Positions 8,731-11,796 of a stretch of 11,796 nt of DNA are shown in pieces (positions within the stretch are counted from its first letter, which is position 1; the number at the start of each line of letters is the position of its first letter). The stretch is from Halodesulfurarchaeum sp. (lineage in GTDB: Archaea; Halobacteriota; Halobacteria; Halobacteriales; Halobacteriaceae). The position numbers were made by a program, and so were the translations under genes. The notes under the pieces were generated by a model. It ran no database searches, was not told the DNA's origin, and was given only the letters and a program-made list of their open reading frames with translations. The stretch is taken from the NCBI GenBank assembly GCA_042216015.1, contig JBDGUI010000051.1, forward strand, positions 1,858 to 13,653, written 5' to 3'.

Positions 8731-8815
8731 CATTGCAGTTGGCCTCGATTCATCGCAGTTGGTCCCCGAACTCCATCGCAGTTGCCACCGAATCTCCATC
8801 GCAGTTGCCCCGAAC
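8731..8815 (+). repeat. Four direct repeats of CATYGCAGTTG (20-23 bp period) in a divergent promoter region
   Basis: Cores start at 8731, 8751, 8774 and 8797, each followed by a short C-rich stretch and CGA. Confidence 0.9.
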
Positions 8816-8867
8816 CGAAAGGAGAAAAACCGAGTCGGCTTTCCCCCTCGGCCGCGATTGCCCCCGC

Positions 8868-9629
8868 ATGGAGGTCTCGTTCGTCCCGGGATTGCCGGAG
8901 TTCGAGCCGGGGGACGACCTCGCCGCGGCGATCGACGAGCGGGTGACACTCGAGCCCGACGACATCGTCTGTGTCGCGAGCACGGTCGTCTCGAAGGTCG
9001 AGGGGCGGGAACGATCGCTCTCGGGGTTCGAGCCAGGAGAGCGTGCACAGGAGATCGCTGCCGGGCTCGACGCCGCGACCGGAACGGAGACCGACCCGCG
9101 ATTCGTCGAGGCCGTTCTCGGAGAGGCAGCCGAGTTGCTCATCGAGCGGCCCTTTCTCCTCGCGAAAACCGAGTTCGGCCACGTCGGGGTCAACGCCGGC
9201 ATCGACCGGTCGAACACGGGCGGGGCAGACCTCCTTTTCCTCCCGAGGGATCCCGAGGCGTCCGCTCAACGGCTCCGCGAAGGGCTGTCGAACTCGCCGG
9301 GCGTGGTCGTCACTGACACCTCGGGTCGGCCGTTTCGGCTGGGCCAGCGCGGGGTGGCACTCGGGTGGGCTGGGCTCGCCGCCTGCCGGGACTGGCGAGG
9401 GGAGTCCGACCGGGACGGCAGGGAACTCGAGGTGACGGTCGAGGCGGTCGTCGACGAACTCGCGGCCGCCGCCAACCTCGTGAGCGGGGAGGGAGCCGAT
9501 GGGCTCCCCGTGGTGGTGATCCGGGACTTCGAGTGGGGCGAGCACGGCCGCACCGACGAGCTGTTTCGCCCCGAGGAGCGCGATTACGTGCGGGCGGCCC
9601 TGCGGGAGTGGGACGACCGGGAAGACTAA
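8868..9629 (+). CDS. cofE: Coenzyme F420-0:L-glutamate ligase
   Basis: MEVSFVPGLPEFEPGDDLA, STVVSKVEGR, NAGIDRSN, VVTDTSGRPFRLGQRG and DELAAAANLVSGEG motifs, 253 aa. Confidence 0.95.
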   Translation: MEVSFVPGLPEFEPGDDLAAAIDERVTLEPDDIVCVASTVVSKVEGRERSLSGFEPGERAQEIAAGLDAATGTETDPRFVEAVLGEAAELLIERPFLLAKTEFGHVGVNAGIDRSNTGGADLLFLPRDPEASAQRLREGLSNSPGVVVTDTSGRPFRLGQRGVALGWAGLAACRDWRGESDRDGRELEVTVEAVVDELAAAANLVSGEGADGLPVVVIRDFEWGEHGRTDELFRPEERDYVRAALREWDDRED

Positions 9630-9639
9630 TCATCCCAAG

Positions 9640-9819
9640 TCAGGGCCAGCCGGTGAGGAGATTGGCGATCGCGCCGAGCCCGAGCACGCCGACGACCCCG
9701 AAAACGGTCCCCAGAACGAGCACGGACCCGAGCAGCAACACCGCCGAAACCGGGTCGGCGGTGGCCACCCTCCCGAAGGTCGAAAGGACCTCGACCAGGT
9801 CCGCGAGGAGCCACTCCAT
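9640..9819 (-). CDS. Small hypothetical membrane protein (59 aa)
   Basis: MEWLLADLVEVLSTFGRVATADPVSAVLLLGSVLVLGTVFGVVGVLGLGAIANLLTGWP, with a long hydrophobic segment. TTTTATG box at 9844-9850, 25-31 nt upstream. Confidence 0.75.
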   Translation of the reverse strand: MEWLLADLVEVLSTFGRVATADPVSAVLLLGSVLVLGTVFGVVGVLGLGAIANLLTGWP

Positions 9820-9949
9820 GTTCCGGGATTGGAGAGGGGTTCTCATAAAACTCGCGTCGGCGGCTGTCGGTCGAGCCCCATCGACAGAACCGGCCCGAAC
9901 GCCGTCATTGGCGTGGGTTCTCCGTGTTCCGGTTTTCCCGTCGACAGGG

Positions 9950-9959
9950 TTTAATATAT
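9950..9959 (+). promoter_or_regulatory. Strong TATA box (TTTAATATAT) for the aIF1/SUI1 gene
   Basis: 23-32 nt upstream of the ATG at 9982. Confidence 0.7.
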
Positions 9960-9981
9960 CCCTTCCGTACCCCTGTTCGTA

Positions 9982-10275
9982 ATGTCGGAAGTCTGCTCGA
10001 CGTGCGGATTGCCCGAGGAACTCTGCGTCTGCGAGGACGTCGCCAAGGAGTCCCAGGAGATCTCGATCCGCATCGACGAGCGCCGCTACGGGAAGGAAGT
10101 CACCGTCATCGAAGGATTCGATCCCAACGACGTCGACCTCGATTCGCTCTCTTCGGACCTGAAATCGAAGATGGCCTGTGGAGGGACGGTCGACGACGGC
10201 GAGATCGAACTCCAGGGCAACCACCGCGAGCGCGTCGAGGATTTCCTCCTCGACCGCGGGTTCAACGTCGCCTGA
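9982..10275 (+). CDS. yciH: Translation initiation factor aIF1 (SUI1/YciH family)
   Basis: [36 protein letters not shown] and IELQGNH motifs. Confidence 0.96.
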   Translation: MSEVCSTCGLPEELCVCEDVAKESQEISIRIDERRYGKEVTVIEGFDPNDVDLDSLSSDLKSKMACGGTVDDGEIELQGNHRERVEDFLLDRGFNVA

Positions 10276-10289
10276 CTCCCCGTCCTGTT

Positions 10290-10305
10290 CCTCCGCCGGC
10301 GGAGG
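10290..10305. other. Perfect 16-bp palindrome just downstream of aIF1 (possible hairpin or 3' element)
   Basis: CCTCCGCCGGCGGAGG is its own reverse complement and lies between convergent genes. Confidence 0.4.
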
Positions 10306-10456
10306 TCTTCAACCCCGCCCGTTCGATCCGAACGAATCCAGCCGTTCGGCCGCCACCCGTCCCCGGTCCGTCAGTTCGTCGGTGCCGTCGTTCCCCTCTC
10401 GGTCGGTCCCGACGAGCCTCGCCTCCCGGAGCTGCTTGAGGTGATAGGAGAGTGGC

Positions 10457-11392
10457 CTACTCGAACAGATCAGTCGACAGGTACCGCTCGCCCGTGTCCG
10501 GCAGTAGCGTCACGACGGTTCGATCCGCGTTCTCGGGGCGGGTCGCCACCTCCCGAGCCGCGTGCAGCGCCGCCCCGGAGGAGATTCCAGCCAGAACGCC
10601 CGTCTCTCGGGCCAACTCCCGCGTTGCGGCCTTGCTCTCCTCGGTCTCGACGGTCACCACCTCGTCGAGCAGCGAGGTGTCGAGCACGTCCGGCACGAAT
10701 CCGGCGCCGATGCCCTGAATGCCGTGACTGCCCGACTCCTCGCCCGACAGCACCGCCGACCCCGCCGGCTCGACCGCGATCACCTCGAAGTCCTCGCGGC
10801 CCACTTCCTCCTTGAAGTACTGCGCGACGCCCGTGACGGTCCCGCCGGTGCCCACGCCCGCCACGAAGACATCGACCTCGCCCTCGGTCGCCCGGTCGAT
10901 TTCGGGGGCGGTCGTTTCGCGATGAATGCGGGGGTTGGCCGGGTTCTCGAACTGCTGTGGCACGAAGGCGTCCCCGAGTTCCGCCTGTAATTCGTCCGCC
11001 CGGTCGATCGCGCCGGGCATGCCCCCGTCCGCGGGGGTGAGCTCCAGCGCCGCGCCGAGCGCCCGCAGGAGCGAGCGCCGCTCCTCGCTCATCGATTCCG
11101 GCATGGTGAGTACGAGGTCATAGCCCTTCGCCGCGGCGGCGAAGGCGAGGCCGATGCCCGTGTTCCCACTCGTGGGTTCGACGATGGTGGTTCCCGAATC
11201 GAGTTCCCCGGCCGCCTCCGCGGCCTCGAGCATCGAGACCGCGATGCGGTCCTTCACCGAGGACATCGGGTTGAAGGCCTCGAGTTTGGCGATGAGGTTC
11301 GGGGCGAACGCGTCGAGGCGCAGCATGGGCGTCTGCCCCACCAGTTCGGTCGGATTCTCGGCGATTCGATCGCTTCCAGATTCTGCGTCCAT
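10457..11392 (-). CDS. cysK: Cysteine synthase A (O-acetylserine sulfhydrylase)
   Basis: NPMSSVKDR (PLP lysine), [37 protein letters not shown]. An SD-like GAGGG lies upstream of the ATG at 11392. Confidence 0.95.
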   Translation of the reverse strand: MDAESGSDRIAENPTELVGQTPMLRLDAFAPNLIAKLEAFNPMSSVKDRIAVSMLEAAEAAGELDSGTTIVEPTSGNTGIGLAFAAAAKGYDLVLTMPESMSEERRSLLRALGAALELTPADGGMPGAIDRADELQAELGDAFVPQQFENPANPRIHRETTAPEIDRATEGEVDVFVAGVGTGGTVTGVAQYFKEEVGREDFEVIAVEPAGSAVLSGEESGSHGIQGIGAGFVPDVLDTSLLDEVVTVETEESKAATRELARETGVLAGISSGAALHAAREVATRPENADRTVVTLLPDTGERYLSTDLFE

Positions 11393-11586
11393 TCTAGGCA
11401 ACCCTCATTTCCCCACGTACTTAGAGCCCCATTACATTTTCACCCGCTGGGAACGTCGCGGGTGCTGGCGGGGCTTCGAGAAATCCCATCAGTCCCCCGA
11501 GTCGGGGCCATCGCCGTGCGATGGCCGATGCCGAGAAGCGCGAGAGGGGTCCGCTTCGGCTCCCGTCCCATGCGGCAACCGGTCGC

Positions 11587-11703
11587 TCAATCCGACAGTC
11601 GATCGCTTGCGCGCGTCGAGCAGTTCGGGCAGCCACCGTTGACGTACGTGTTGAAGACCCGGCCACACCGGGCACATTCCCGGAGGTTGTCTGAGTTTTG
11701 CAT
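11587..11703 (-). CDS. Small CPxCG-related zinc-finger microprotein (38 aa)
   Basis: Manual translation MQNSDNLRECARCGRVFNTYVNGGCPNCSTRASDRLSD* has two CxxC pairs (CARCG, CPNC). An AT-rich putative promoter lies upstream at about 11715-11756. Confidence 0.7.
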   Translation of the reverse strand: MQNSDNLRECARCGRVFNTYVNGGCPNCSTRASDRLSD

Positions 11704-11796
11704 CGCCGATCTTCATTTTCAGTGCCAGATTATGAGTAGATAACACTTTTCATTTCGATGCGACACTGTACAGGTGACTCAGAAACTCGTGATGCT

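Noticed and set aside
8731..8815. CRISPR-like array
   Set aside because: The 11-bp core and 9-12-bp linkers are far too short, and the linkers are mutually similar.
7709..9545. Long overlapping ORFs (535 aa, 396 aa, and the N-terminal part of the 585-aa ORF)
   Set aside because: These are stop-poor alternate or antisense frames expected at high GC. They have no motifs and overlap well-supported genes.
10310..10440. Possible ncRNA or repeat (recurrent CGTTCG/GTCCG words) between aIF1 and cysK
   Set aside because: Low-complexity pyrimidine-rich sequence with no consistent period and no recognisable RNA fold.
11421..11746. Track ORFs of 84-93 aa in the right-hand intergenic region
   Set aside because: No recognisable motifs. 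The 38-aa CxxC ORF in another frame explains the region better.

Overview
GC-rich haloarchaeal (Halobacteria-type) core chromosomal region with acidic proteins and mostly leaderless genes, with TATA-like boxes about 25-31 nt upstream of the starts. Gene order: archaemetzincin (-, runs off the left edge, absent from the ORF track), UPF0146 protein, TIGR01548-like HAD hydrolase, npdG, thioredoxin (-), Sec61beta, DUF151 bifunctional nuclease, hisE, NOG1 GTPase, TIGR00341 membrane protein (-), engB, NUDIX/eIF2B-like fusion (-), cofE, a 59-aa membrane protein (-), aIF1/SUI1, cysK (-) and a 38-aa CxxC zinc-finger microprotein (-, below the track cutoff). There is no mobile element, CRISPR array or RNA gene, and I cannot support a wholly new multi-gene system. 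The notable signals are a +1 frameshift in a G9/C9 tract near the TIGR00341 C-terminus, a higher-order 32/64-bp tandem repeat after hisE, four CATYGCAGTTG boxes in the NUDIX/cofE divergent promoter, a 41-bp promoter duplication, and the zinc-finger micro-ORF upstream of cysK.
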